From Octopus sinensis (taxonomy: Eukaryota): a stretch of DNA of 64,000 bases. The notes beneath the pieces were generated by a model. That model saw nothing but the letters and a program-made list of their open reading frames with translations. It searched no databases and had not been told where the DNA came from. The number at the start of each line of letters is the position of its first letter. Position 1 is the first letter of the stretch. Below, in pieces: positions 51,738 to 64,000 of this stretch. The stretch is from contig NC_043005.1 of NCBI RefSeq assembly GCF_006345805.1, positions 69,006,001 to 69,070,000 of the forward strand, read 5' to 3'. The position numbers were made by a program, and so were the translations under genes.

Positions 51738-52778
51738 CAATGTATGTATGTATTTATCCTTACATTTCTCTCTCTCCCTCCCTCACCCCCTATATCTCTC
51801 TCTCTATATATATATACATGTATATATATATGTATATATACAAAAATATATGCATACACGCACATGTGTATGTATACGTTTACATATATTTGTTTATATA
51901 ATGTGTGCGTATGTGTATGTGTGTGTCTGTGCATGTTTCTATTTATGCATGCATGTATTCGAGGCGCTGCTGTTTGCAACATCTAATTCGCATGTTCCCT
52001 AATAGTAGAAATCGAATGACAATGCTTCATGCGAAAGCTTGACATTCGAAATATCATTCTTTAAAATAATAATTTACTTCATGGCAACAAATATGTGAAA
52101 TTATGCAAAAGTTCAGCCTTCATGTGGATTATAACACACCATTAGTGCCCTATTTGAGATAATTCCATATTAATTTCCTAGTTAGAGACGAGAATATCTC
52201 ACTATAACTTATGATTTATTTTCTTTTGCATCCACAGAATTTAAATATAAGAAACATTGTGAAACACGAAAGAAAATCGCTCAAAAAATATTACCGCAAC
52301 CATCTCTGAGTACAGTGAACATATCGAATCTTGTGCTATCCTTCAAACAGAAAAGTACTGCAACATTAAATTTTAGAGGCATATTTATGTTTCAGACAGT
52401 ATTTCTAATCCATACGATACATGCCTTCCGAATATTTAGCATCTTATCTATTTTTCCAGTCGCTATGAATTAAACCTCTAGATATATGTGCACATTATTT
52501 CACTTAACACGAAGGAATCCAGGGAATGCTACTTTCGATCATTATCATGAAAATACATTATATTCCACAAAATAAAAAAAACAACGAAATAGGTTAAGTG
52601 AATATATTACGATTGGTGCTAATATGTTTGTAAATATAACCCAAAATGTAAATGATTCTTCATCTGTACTGGTGTCGTTTAAATTCTGCCAAGTACATCA
52701 TTGATTTCTATAGTAATATAATAGTCGCGGGTTGGTGGGGTGTCGTTTCCAATTCCACGAATTACAATTACTTGCAAA

Positions 52779-52990
52779 TCTATTATATAAAATCCGTTCT
52801 GTCCGTCTGTGTGTGTGTGTGTGTCTTCTAGGATCTCGGGCATCCTCCATCCCATTGCGCTGAAATTTGATATGTAGATACCGACGGTATCAAGGCGTGT
52901 ATAAATCTGGAAAACATTACAAAATTCGATTCCAGCTGAGAATGCGATCGATAAAGCCGTGGGAACGTGCATTGGTAAAATAGTTTTTTC
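52779..52990 (+). mobile_element. Possible non-autonomous Helitron 5' portion
   Basis: Starts TCTATTATATAAAATCC followed by CTGTCCGTCTGTGTG and AAATTTGATATGTAG, typical of short Helitron-derived elements; no 3' hairpin/CTRR found. Confidence 0.35.
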
Positions 52991-53859
52991 TTGGAATAGA
53001 AAAAAGTCTATCTTTATTTCATATTTTGCTGGTGTCTCAAATTTAGGTTAGATCAGTGTTTCTCGAAAGGAAGGCCTATGGGACGGTCGGACAAGTTGTT
53101 TTGAGAAAATATGGTTTATATGTTTGAAAACTCAGCACCGTCCATTGGACGGGGAGGGGGCGTTTTGCTCGTATATACTAATAGATTCTGCCGGTAAAAA
53201 TACATTCTGCATTTACTCTGAACTACTTACTAAATATTCTGTCTGATTAAAAACTGGGTGAATAAATTCTAATAATTTCAGGTTACCATATGAGTAATTA
53301 TTGCTGTCTTAACTCATTGCCCTCGTTTTCTGATTCTGTTGAACTCTGAAATTCATTGCCGAGATCTTATAACAAATGAGTTTTCCATTATCGGCCATTA
53401 TCTTCGTTTGAAAATAATTCCGCCTCTGATTGAAACTGTCTCTAAATATAAATGATCACTACGAGTAATCTTGACGGGCAGTCTCACATAATTCTAAATA
53501 TTTCATAAATGGAATGGAGATTACACTTTCTGCATTCGGTATAACATTACGGAAACTGTTATAAAAATTTGCACTTCAATGTGTAAAACAATACGTTTAT
53601 ATGCCTATGTACAATATCTATCCATTTGCCAATCAGCAATTTCCAAATTTTACCGTGACTTTTTTCCTGAATAATAAAGTGTAATAATTTAGGTTATAAT
53701 TTGTAGGGACAATTTTCATATATTTGAAAAGAACGTATCCAAGCAGAGATAATCTTATGCGCTCAATGTGAGTATTGTATGATAGAATATTAACTCACAT
53801 ACTTGGCCCTGGCATAAATTACTACTTATATGATAAGGCACATCTTGCAGAAAATTTTA

Positions 53860-54060
53860 GACGCCGTTGATGCAACGTGCTTGCATATTCAGATGGTCAT
53901 TAATATTGAATATAATTACCCAGCAAATTGCAACGGCTGCTCTGCATGCTAACGATTTTTGCCAATCGTACTTCACACCTTTGGAAGCATTTTTCATGGA
54001 AACTTATAATACTTTTACTCGGTTCGTTTTGGTGTCTGAAAAATATTGGGTAATTTCGTA
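53860..54060 (-). mobile_element. Mariner/Tc1 transposase C-terminal remnant
   Basis: Minus FHEKCFQR...RCNLLGNYIQY* resembles the F..CFQ.W..RW..CV..QG.YFE end. Confidence 0.4.
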
Positions 54061-54384
54061 GTCTCTCAGGTAGATATTCGTTGCTATCAATTCTCTATCA
54101 TAGTTTAGTATGTACGCTGAAGTGTGCTTATGAAACACGTTAATAAAATATATACCGTTTCAGAAATAAAGCATTTAAGCTGACATTTGTTATCGACGAA
54201 AAACTATAGTTAATATTTTGAAAATAATAAGTGCTTGTATTTAATTTTCTGTAAGAGACACATTTATTTGGTTACTTAATTAATATAAGAATTTCTCGTT
54301 GTACAAAATTCAGCTACAATGCTGATGACTGTTTATATTCTGACATCATGTTTATATTCGTATGATGTTGCACCAACATTTGGA

Positions 54385-54720
54385 AGTCTTTGTGTTGGAT
54401 AAGAGCATATTAGAAAGAAACAAAACTGTTCAGAAATGAACATCTCAGGCGGATGACACTTAAATTGAATGGAATAAATAAGATCAAGGCAATGAATATA
54501 TGCGCTATGTCCATCATGCGCTACGGAACAGGAATTACCAAATGGAAAAAAGACGAATTACGAATTATTGATAGGAAAGCTACGAAATTAATGGCAGTGC
54601 ATAAAGAAGTCCATCCAAGGAGTTACGTTTCAATGCGTTATGATGGAAGAGAGAAAGGAAGATTAATAATTCGTTGAAATTGCGTCAATAGCAAAGGACG
54701 CAACTTGGCTTGGTAACATT
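54385..54720 (+). mobile_element. R4/Dong-like RT thumb fragment
   Basis: ORF 54453 LNGINKIKAMNICAMSIMRYGTGITKWKKDELRIIDRKATKLMAVHKEVHPRS matches LN..NKIKAIN.WA....RY..G...W...EL..LDRKTRKLMT.H..LHP.S. Confidence 0.85.
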
Positions 54721-54959
54721 GTGTCAAAAGTAAGACATATTAACACATTAAAATCTATTGAAGCTGAATGTACGTGTGCAAATAGAACTTGCAAGAATTT
54801 CGGACATTGCTGTTGTCAACTAGAAAACAGGCTCAAATTATCGAAATTGTTACCCCAGGAGGTTATAGGGTGAATGATAAAGAACTTGAAAAGATGTAGA
54901 ACCCTGGGCCACTGAACGAGGAGTTTTCAATGTTGTGAGGGTTGAACACCGTTTCAAGG

Positions 54960-55450
54960 TTATCAAAGCATCGGAGTCATATCGGACATTTTCTTCCATT
55001 CAAGTTTGACTATATTAAAAGTCCCATTTCTGAACATCTCATCCATTTCTGTTTCTTTGATCATATCCAACACAAAGACTCACACATACTTATATTTTTT
55101 CTCTTCCACTTATGTAATAACCACCTTTGCAAGCTCTAGTCTTTGTTAGTGTTCTATGTTACAGTATCACATTTTGTAAATTCAAACATCATGACTAATC
55201 AGGATTATAGTAGATGTTAAACTGTCAATTTCGTCCTAATATTTGGAATATGACTTTAAACCATTCATGAATAACAGTTGGGTGATAGTAATAGCATCTA
55301 ACGCATATCCCAATTTCACTTTTCTAAGGACTTGTGTCGGTGGGACCATGCAGATGTCAAATAAAAGTGGCGGTAAGCTGTCTTCTTGTGATAAATCACT
55401 TCGTAATTTGGCTCTGTTTTCTAAATACCCATTGATCTTCCTGTAAACCT
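54960..55450 (-). mobile_element. R4/Dong-like RT core fragment
   Basis: Minus: LSQEDSLPPLLFDICMVP..QVLRKVKLGY (QGDSLSPLLF), QLLFMNGLKSY (LFMDDLK), EIDSL, YKY..VFVLD. Confidence 0.8.
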
Positions 55451-55664
55451 ATATACATTGTCAATCATTTGTGTAAATTTCAGGCACCTGAATATCCAAA
55501 AATACCCTCACTCCACTGCAATTGCAGTCCATAAAACCTATGAGGATAGGTATATTTGTGAAATGTTGACATCTCAGCCTGGAGGAATTAATAAAATGCA
55601 GGGGAATTCCACGTGTCTTGTCTGTTAACATTTGCGAAGACTTACGCCAATCATCTAAGTATAT

Positions 55665-56300
55665 ATTTTTATCATTATTATCATTTTCTTTGCACAGCAT
55701 CTAACGCTGAAGATGTACTGCGGTGTCACCTATTCACTACCAGTGAATTAAGGCAACACCTCTTATTTTTCGAGCACATTCCGGAGTATACAGGGGGCTT
55801 CAAGCAGTGCTGATTTCTTCAAGTGTTCCACCCTTATTGCAGCCCCTATTTGTTACACATATTTCTCTAGATTTTAACTCACTGTTCCCAGGACTCAGAC
55901 AATTAACGTTCCTTTTTCATCGACCATAGTTGCTTACCTTCCCAAGCTAACATGTCATATATCTCGAATTTTCTTTCTTCCTTATTGCATACGTTGTTGT
56001 CAGCTGAGGATGCTATATCTATGATCCAGCATAATTTGTTTTCTTTCTCAATTATGACCTAGTCTGGCTTCTTATTCTCTATTTCAAGGTCACACTAACT
56101 CATAAAATCCCTTAGCACCTTTGCATTTTTATTTTCGACAATGACTTCCGGTTTGTGGTCGTACCAATTTTTTGGTGTGTCAAGTCCTTACTTGTTGCAG
56201 TGTCCAATGGACAAGCCTGGTTATATTGTCGTGGCTTATTATATATTCCTTCTGGGCTAGTGGCGTACACTGGCTCGTAATATGCCATTATCAATATCAC
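55665..56300 (-). mobile_element. R4/Dong-like C-terminal (RLE) region and 3' end
   Basis: Minus: HITSQCTPLAQKEY..HD, WYDHKPEVIVEN, NKKPD*VIIEKENKLCWIIDIA (PD..D), VLGTV, ILRNVLE*, then a short UTR into an AAT-like tail. Confidence 0.85.
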
Positions 56301-56302
56301 CC

Positions 56303-56314
56303 TCATCATCATCA

Positions 56315-56378
<64 letters not shown>

Positions 56379-56380
56379 GG
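56303..56380. repeat. (ATC)n/(ATT)n microsatellite
   Basis: Directly visible. Confidence 0.95.
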
Positions 56381-56399
56381 TTAAATTTGTCGTAATTAT

Positions 56400-56575
56400 T
56401 ATTTTAAGAAAGTGGCAGTCTTGCAAAATCACTAGTAGCAATTCCTTATTTACCATCTCTGTCCAAATTCTGCCGAGGCTGAATTTGGATTTCATACTCT
56501 CAGTGTCGATAAAATAAGTACCTGTCAAGAACTGCTATTGAATCTGTGCCAAAATTTGAAACCATTATTATTATT
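56400..56575 (+). mobile_element. Old SINE family B remnant
   Basis: CAAATTCTGCCGAGGCTGAATTTGG...GTCGATAAAATAAGTACC...TGTGCCAAAATTTGAAACC followed by (ATT)n. Confidence 0.65.
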
Positions 56576-57787
56576 ATTTCAATATCATTTTCATTCTCTG
56601 TTGAGCTAGTCAGAATATTTTTCGAATTTTGTTTTCTTGTCACACTTCATAGAAGACTAATTACTATGTGGAAATTAAAGTTCGTATGGAACTTACGCGC
56701 AGAATGATGGATTCATAAATCTTAGAATCTAGGCATGAAGCATAGGAAAAAACAAAATATATTATATTTTGCTAAAAATATAATTCTCTCTATGTTGTCT
56801 GCGTATGAAAAGTGGGTAGAAAATTTGCTACTCACGTTGCTTAACAACGAAATACATGGCAAAGCGGGCATCAAATGCATGCGTATATTACACACAAAGA
56901 AGAAGAAGAAAATATTGAGGAAGACAAAGAATAAATGAAAATTAATGACAAATCCATTGAGAGTGGCATTAGCTTGAATAATGTTAGACTAAATTTTGGC
57001 AATAACAGAATCGCGACCACACACATATACGGTGTTGTCTCTAAATATTTAGAACATTGCAGATATGTTCAATTTCAGTTACGTGATGAATTTTGGGATC
57101 TATCGATTTCCTTCGAGTAGATTCCATTTAGTAAGATCATGTCCCGTTATAATTTCGCTCTTTGAATAAAAATATATTGGAGAAGTTGCAAATCATACAA
57201 TAATTTAATGTTGCGTTTTAAAGAAAAGCAGAACCATTTAATGATGAAAGGGAAAATGGAAAAAATCCTAAATGACATAACGAAGTAAAATTCATCCGAT
57301 TCCGAATGTTAGTGTGAAAGGGATTTTATGCTGAGAATTTAGGAATAAACCAACAACAGACTGCAGTCTTCAATAGTGATACACACGTGTGTTCTGATAT
57401 AAAGTTATATCTCAGTACCTGAAAAAGAGAAAAACAAATGTTAAGGTCTTGATGACTTATCGGCTCCTTTACGTTGCTCTATGTGTGTCATCACGAATGT
57501 GACGATATATTTTATACCATCGGGAAGGATTAGAAAGAACTTAGAATTCCTATTGATCGTTGAATACATCAACACCGTACAGAAACAGTACTGTAAATGA
57601 ATATTTAAGACAAAGAATTAAGAAATGATGGCGCAGAAGAAAATTTCAGCTATCACACAGACAATTAAATAAATGTCTTTAAAATTAAGCAGCTTTGAAA
57701 CTGAAGAGAAAATGAAGACGGGAAATACCATCAGATACAGTAGCAGAGACAACAGGCACCGTGTGCCACGTAAAAGTAAACACATAC

Positions 57788-57886
57788 CAAAGCTCTTGAC
57801 CTAGCACAGCGGCGCCTTCATATTTGATTAAGAAGTAACATAGCAGAAACTCAATGAATATCATATGAGTTAAGGCGAGCAGAAGC
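57788..57886 (-). other. Candidate 99-nt symmetric (phase 2-2) exon encoding a hydrophobic helix
   Basis: TTAG| acceptor at 57887, |GTATGT donor at 57787; the only open frame is (R)LLLALTHMIFIEFLLCYFLIKYEGAAVLGQEL(W). A strong pyrimidine-rich acceptor lies downstream at 57419. Confidence 0.3.
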
Positions 57887-58959
57887 CTAATAATTGATGA
57901 ATAATGACCAAAAGAAATTAGGTTCAATTGTGAGTAAGTTTCAGCTAAGCACAGTGTTAGGGATTGATATTTGTACACCATAATATCGAAACCTTTATAG
58001 ATAAGTATTTTAAAGTGTAACTCGAAGTCCAATGAATAAAACTGCAGTTTCTTCTTAATGCCATCTGCTTCATATCATGATAAAATGAAACATTACTCTT
58101 TGCTCACGAAATCATTTATTAATGTAACCTTTTCTTTTTTTATTTTATAATTTTAAAATCTCTCATCATAGCATGTATTTTTCTTTCGATTCGAAAGTCC
58201 AAAATTTTAGGTGGCGTACATGAGTGATAGCGGCTATAACGCGTATAATTTACTGGGCCGTGAGAACTCTTCTAGATTGAGAGTTTAATACTGAATTTTA
58301 TTTGTAATTACATCATGCATCATCCATGTAAATGGACTATCAAGAAAAACAAAATATGTATTTGCTATGAAAATGAGTCACTTAAGTGTCACGAAGCAAC
58401 ATTAAATAAATAATATGCATATGAAACCATATTTTTCTCTATTGTGAAGGCGCAGACTTCGGGTGTTTTTTTCGCAGGGATGTAGTCTTGGGGACGTTTG
58501 TCGCAGTTAAACATGGAATACTTAAGCGGTTCATAGGACGCAAGCATTCTGAATGTCATAAGATAAGAAAACCGAATCGCACTTTCGAAAATCTATGACA
58601 ATTGGTTCCCCAAGTTCGCGTATAGGAACACGTGTTAAATATGATGACACAAATATATTAAATTCAACGATGTTTCCTGCCAATTTAGTAAATTAATTCC
58701 AGCTTGCAGAGCTTTACACACGTCAGCTATTGTCCTACTTGCTATTTTTATGCATACGGACAGTGACTTGTAGGTCTCTCAAAGATTTTTATCACTAGTT
58801 GATAATTTGTAACGACGCAGAAATGTCTGAGATCTATGATGAGATGACATCATTCGTTGCTAAATGAGGTTTCACACATTGTTTATGACAAAACAGTTTC
58901 CGGCGAAAAGAGACTTCTGTGACGAAAGGTTTTTCTACGTCCAAATGTAAACGGACAAT

Positions 58960-59400
58960 TAAATAAAATTGCGCATGCGTAACATCATCATTCTTGCGCA
59001 TAATCAATCCACTGTTGGACGATTGCTTTAATGTTCTCTCCACCAACTACAGTCTGTGTTTTCATCATCCACTTTTGAGTACCGAAGAATTTAAGAAAAT
59101 CTTCATTCCATGTTCTGCATGGGCTTCCTTTCAGTCGCCTGTCTAGATGTAATGTCCACTCTGTAAATTTCATATCCCGTCCATTGTCCTTTCTTTTAAT
59201 CGTATGCTCCACGAAATCATTTTAGAGACTTTTATTTTCTGGATAATATCCGTTAAACATGTTGCTACTCTGATCCTGTTGTTTCTCCAATGGTCCATTG
59301 AACAATAATAGTTGGCATAAACGTTACTACTTACTGTTTCGTTCCTCCATCACCAAGAATAATTGTGTGTAATCATTCATCCTTGGTTCTTGAGTACCAA
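58960..59400 (-). mobile_element. RTE-1-like LINE 3' end relic
   Basis: ORF 58988 HTIKRKDNGRDMKFTEWTLHLDRRLKGSPCRTWNEDFLKFFGTQKWM...KAIVQQW matches GHI.RR.D.RW...TEW.P....R..GRP..RW.DD...W...AFVQQW. Confidence 0.8.
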
Positions 59401-62253
59401 TATTAAGACATTCGATTGTGTGCAAATCGAATGTATTTTCTTAGGACACATCTTTGACGGGAAAATTATCTTCAAATTAATAAACATAATATAGAACAAT
59501 ATTTTGATTATATGAAATTCACTTATAAATTACGTGTAAAAAGTCATTTTTTTTCAAATCATTAAGTATTTTACACGCTACAAATGAATGTCATCAATGC
59601 GCACATCTCATAACCCTTACGAATGGTAGAATAATCTTAGTTATCTGTTATGTTTATTGCCCTTCCACTTTCTAGATTCCTGACACTTAGACATGCGTTG
59701 GCCTTAAATGCGTAAGATTGTCGATGACGGAAATCTCAAATGATTTACCGAATATAGTAAATTACATAAATGTCAAGTCACTGACCTATCGTAAATGGTG
59801 TTAAGGTAGCTTCTTTAGAAAGGTATCTTCTACACTGGAACTGCTCGTACCTATTTCTAAAGCGTTTAATATTGCTTGATATTAATTATTAGAGCTTATT
59901 ATCTGAATAAAATATTGTTCGAATATTTGTAATTTGTCAGGACCACCCAGAAGAAAACAAATGGTGAAAGGGAAGTCGGGGATTAAAAAATCGGGAGTTT
60001 CATTTCTAGATATTGCCATACAGTCTTTGACATTTACTCGTTGATATATTTCTTCTCACCTTATTTGAGATAAGTTTAAAGTAACCAATTAATCTAATAA
60101 AAAATACGAAAATTACCCGAATGAAATTTACTTTCCTTGTCATTGCTTTCTTTGTTATTGTTATTGTTTGTTGTCAAAGCGTTCTTATCAATATGAGAAG
60201 TCACGAGGAACGATATTTATCAGATTCTTTTGTAACTGCTGGATGCAAATAAGTTCTGAGAAAGGAGCAGACTAAATATTTTCTCTTGCAATTCACATTC
60301 TCTTCTGAGAACCACTAGAGGTATCAATATAAATGTATTTCGTTGCTAGTTTTAAGTTCGTAGTTTAAGTTCCGGTGATAAGTAACCAAAAATTCTTGTT
60401 GAGTGTTGGCCGAAAGTTACTTTTCGTATGATTCATTTTAAACAAAATGAAATGTTTATTTAAATATCATAAGAAAGGTTACTTGCTTCCATTGAATTCT
60501 AATATAAAAATACAGTCATATACCAGTAATATATGTAAAAAAAGTCATTGGTCTAAATAAGCACACTAAAAATAGTAATGGGTATGATTTAGAGAAAAGA
60601 AAGGATGGAAAGGTCACAAACTAATGAAAGGTCACAAACTAATAGAAGAGGGAGAGAGAGGGAAGGGAGAGGAGAAATGATATATAAGGAGAGAGTGAGG
60701 GAGAGAGGAAGGCAGAGATAGAGAGAGGGAGACAATTGTGAGAACAACAAATTCGTACAAGGATTGCATCGTGGTTTATTATTGAAACTTTATTTTAATA
60801 ATCGCTTGTTTTGAACGGCAATTTCATTGCAATTTAAATGTTGACTTAATTTTATTGTACCTTTTGTTCATGCTGAGAGAAAAAATTATATTTTATCGAT
60901 AGCCTCAAATTTCTTTTGTTAATAGTTATTACAATGTGTTAATAATTATCGTTTACTTTTCATTAATTTATATAGTTTTCCAATCACGTTTACAGATACA
61001 AATTAATTTATGTTGAAATGTGCTCTGGTACGTCTATATTGGGCTCTTTTCTAAATAACACATTTTAATTTACAATAAGTCCTTAAGTAAAGACCATCTC
61101 TTTCATTCTCTAAATTTCCCAATGTACCAAATACCTATTATGCTCAAAAACCTTATTGCAAGTAAATTTCTATTAATTTTGAATGAATGAAAAGATCGCG
61201 TGCAGTGTGAGTTTGATGAAACGATGCATTGAATCCAATTGGCGCTTATATTAGAAGATGCCAAAATATAAATGGAATTTAGCTTGAAATAAGAAAGTAA
61301 AATACGTGTAATGCAATAAAAATAAGGAATTATCAACGTGTGAAAGAAAATAAATGTAAACCATATAAAGAATTGAAAATCTTGGAGCTAAATGATAAAA
61401 AGATGACGAACTGAAAATACTCGTAGAAAAAGGAGCCGTGAAAGGTAAATTCTCTGATATACTACAAAATGTCAGTGACATTACTTATAAATCAACTTAA
61501 GGATTTTGTCAATATTTAACTTCGAAATACCTATCTCAATTATCAAGTTGGAGACAAAAGAATCGCTTTCCGTACAGCATATTCTTAAACATCTGCACAT
61601 TACATAAAAGACATTTGTTAAATAGAAAAGTTCAATTGTAAGTAGAAATATATAAAAGTACCTAAATACATACGCATAAAATAAACATCAAATTTAAACA
61701 TGCAAACTCAGATATTTGAACGGCTAAATGCTGTGTATAAGACAAAATGACATTGAAAGAGTATATATATTTCGTTGTGTCTGTATTGATACATATATGA
61801 CAAAAGTTGACAATTAAATTGAAGATGACCTCATATTTTAGCAGAGTATATTTTCTTTGTAAAAGTAATGTATGCTATTTCTGTTTGTGTGTATGCTTGA
61901 GTAGATTTGTATTTACATAGCCAGGTAGGAAAATTGCGAGTGAGTCTAGAGGACAGAATCTATGGGTAGATATGATTGAGAGTGGGAGTGCGAAAACTAA
62001 TGTAATCCAAAATATGCTTATACACACAGGCGCACGCACGCACGCTCACACAAACACAGACACACACACACACACAACGTCAAAATTGGCATAACATACA
62101 GAGCATGATAGTATACCTACAAACTTAGCTGAAAACCATAGGACTTCCGAATATATACCTCACCATACGCATCCTTGAAATTTCCACTCTGTGCAGTTTC
62201 TGACTGTTTTCTTTCCTCTATTCTCCTCCCTCTCTATGTATATATATATATAT

Positions 62254-62440
62254 CAAGTTAATCCAAACATGAAAACGCTAAGAGAAAACACAGCTAAGCG
62301 AGGACGTGGAACAAGTATAGTATTATTGGACGCTCAGGAAAGAAGGAGGGTTTAACGTTTCGAGCGGAAACATAGGAAAAGTAAAGATCCAAAGAAGGGA
62401 AGACAGAGGAAAAAATTCGCCAACGGTACACACGCGGTCA
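62254..62440 (-). mobile_element. (TA)n-flanked Penelope-like terminal repeat, hammerhead core deleted
   Basis: Homologous to 30133-30333 but lacks 13 nt: AACGTTTCGAGCGGAAACATAG versus AACGTTTCGAGTGGAGCTCGTCGTTGGAAACATAG. Confidence 0.8.
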
Positions 62441-62574
<134 letters not shown>

Positions 62575-63070
62575 AGGCTAACGTTCTTCACAGGTGGGAC
62601 CCTTATTGCAGATTCTGCGATATATTTGATGAAACAATAAACCATCTCTTCTCGAGATGTCCTGTGCTGACAACAACAAACGAATGCAAAAATAGCCACA
62701 ATAGTATAGGACAGTACTTACATTGAAAAATATGAATACACTACAAAATCAGTAGTACTGGTATCTTGAATGATCATCATCCTTAGCCAGTCGCTGAAGA
62801 TAAAAATGTCATTAACCTCTGGGATTTTCCAGTAAGCACTGACAGACGATACCGTCTAATCGAACATAGTCATTAAAGAGAGAGAAGACAATATTTGTTG
62901 ATTAATAGAAGTAAGTGTTGCCACCCATAAGAGTATAATTGTAAGGTAATTCGACAAATTAAGGAAATAAAAGAACCAGGAAATTAAAATACAAAAGTTG
63001 TGGCATATTAAATGGAGAACTGTTCCTGTTATTGTATGATAAGAATGGGATATCTGAAACATCTAGATAA
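62575..63070 (+). mobile_element. R4/Dong-like CCHC zinc knuckle plus RLE fragment
   Basis: [24 protein letters not shown] (CxxC...H...C), HNSIGQYLH*KI, NVINLWDFPVSTDR. Confidence 0.85.
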
Positions 63071-63321
63071 TATACCAGGAGAACCATGTCTCCGAGAAAT
63101 TCAAAAGATTGTGCTAACAAGTACAACACATTTCCTTAGAAGAATTATATCAATTTAAATATATGAGTTGTATTACATGAAGAAATTTCGCTACTGCCTC
63201 TGCCACCTGCCGTCCGCAAGCTTTCAGTCTTACTCTAACACCACTAATCTTTCACTCGCCTTAGGATGTTTGGTTTGTCTCATCGAGTGATTGTAACTAA
63301 GAAGCAGATTATAAGGAAATG

Positions 63322-63445
<124 letters not shown>

Positions 63446-64000
63446 AGGTACTATATATATAGCGAGGGAAATTGAAAAGAAGGAAAACAGAACTTGAGAG
63501 ACAGAACTTATTAATTTGTTAATGTTATCAGTAAATTACGTCCATATTTTTATCACAACGTCAGTACTGGGAACAGGATGAAGCAATTATTTCTTTTCTC
63601 TTTTAAGCAACAGTCAGTTTCAATATAAATCCGTCCAATAGTTTCAAGTATGAGATTAAATGCTCATTCCTTAAGCAGTTAACAGTGAAGAATTTAACTG
63701 CGTATGTGTACATAATTGTGCATCTGATTAAGTTGTTGAAAGAAGTTCAGTGTGAGACACTAAACGAAACATGAATGTAATTTCGATGTTAATGCGTAAA
63801 TTGTATGAAATGTTGTCAATGTTTATTTTAATGACACTTGTACATGCTTTATGGTGTGTAGCAATAGGCACTGTAAGTTTCATGTTTGTCAATGCTTACT
63901 GTACTAATTACGAAAGATGACATTGCTATAAAGATAAAGAGGTTCTCCGTTGAGTATATCCGAATGGCGGGTCTGTTGGTGAATGTCATTTGGATTTTGA

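Noticed and set aside
28440-60645. Small local tandem duplications (about 28448-28492, 41713-41760, 60609-60642)
   Set aside because: Two-copy slippage products with no array structure or spacers; not CRISPR-like.

Overview
AT-rich, microsatellite-dense eukaryotic DNA. The SINE families and repeat landscape suggest an octopod cephalopod genome (inference from recall, no database check). I find no intact protein-coding gene, rRNA, true tRNA or CRISPR array; most supplied ORFs are microsatellite artefacts or antisense shadows of decayed transposons. The window is layered with transposon fossils: about 10 tRNA-derived SINE copies from several modular families, RTE/BovB-like and RTE-1-like LINE fragments, R4/Dong-like (RLE-type) LINE fragments next to (TAA)n or (TA)n tracts, a near-complete mariner, a hAT transposase relic, a Gypsy integrase with PPT and 3' LTR, and foldback MITEs. 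Best second-look items: (1) about eight short, microsatellite-anchored Penelope-like elements carrying minimal hammerhead-ribozyme motifs in different states of decay, including a head-to-head pair inserted with a 14-bp direct repeat into an RTE; (2) a decayed C-type-lectin/Thr-rich gene at about 25.2-28.3 kb that the ORF track misses; (3) a roughly 300-bp internal piece of a triplicated unknown sequence placed cleanly inside an RTE endonuclease frame. All protein similarities come from manual translation and motif recognition, not searches.
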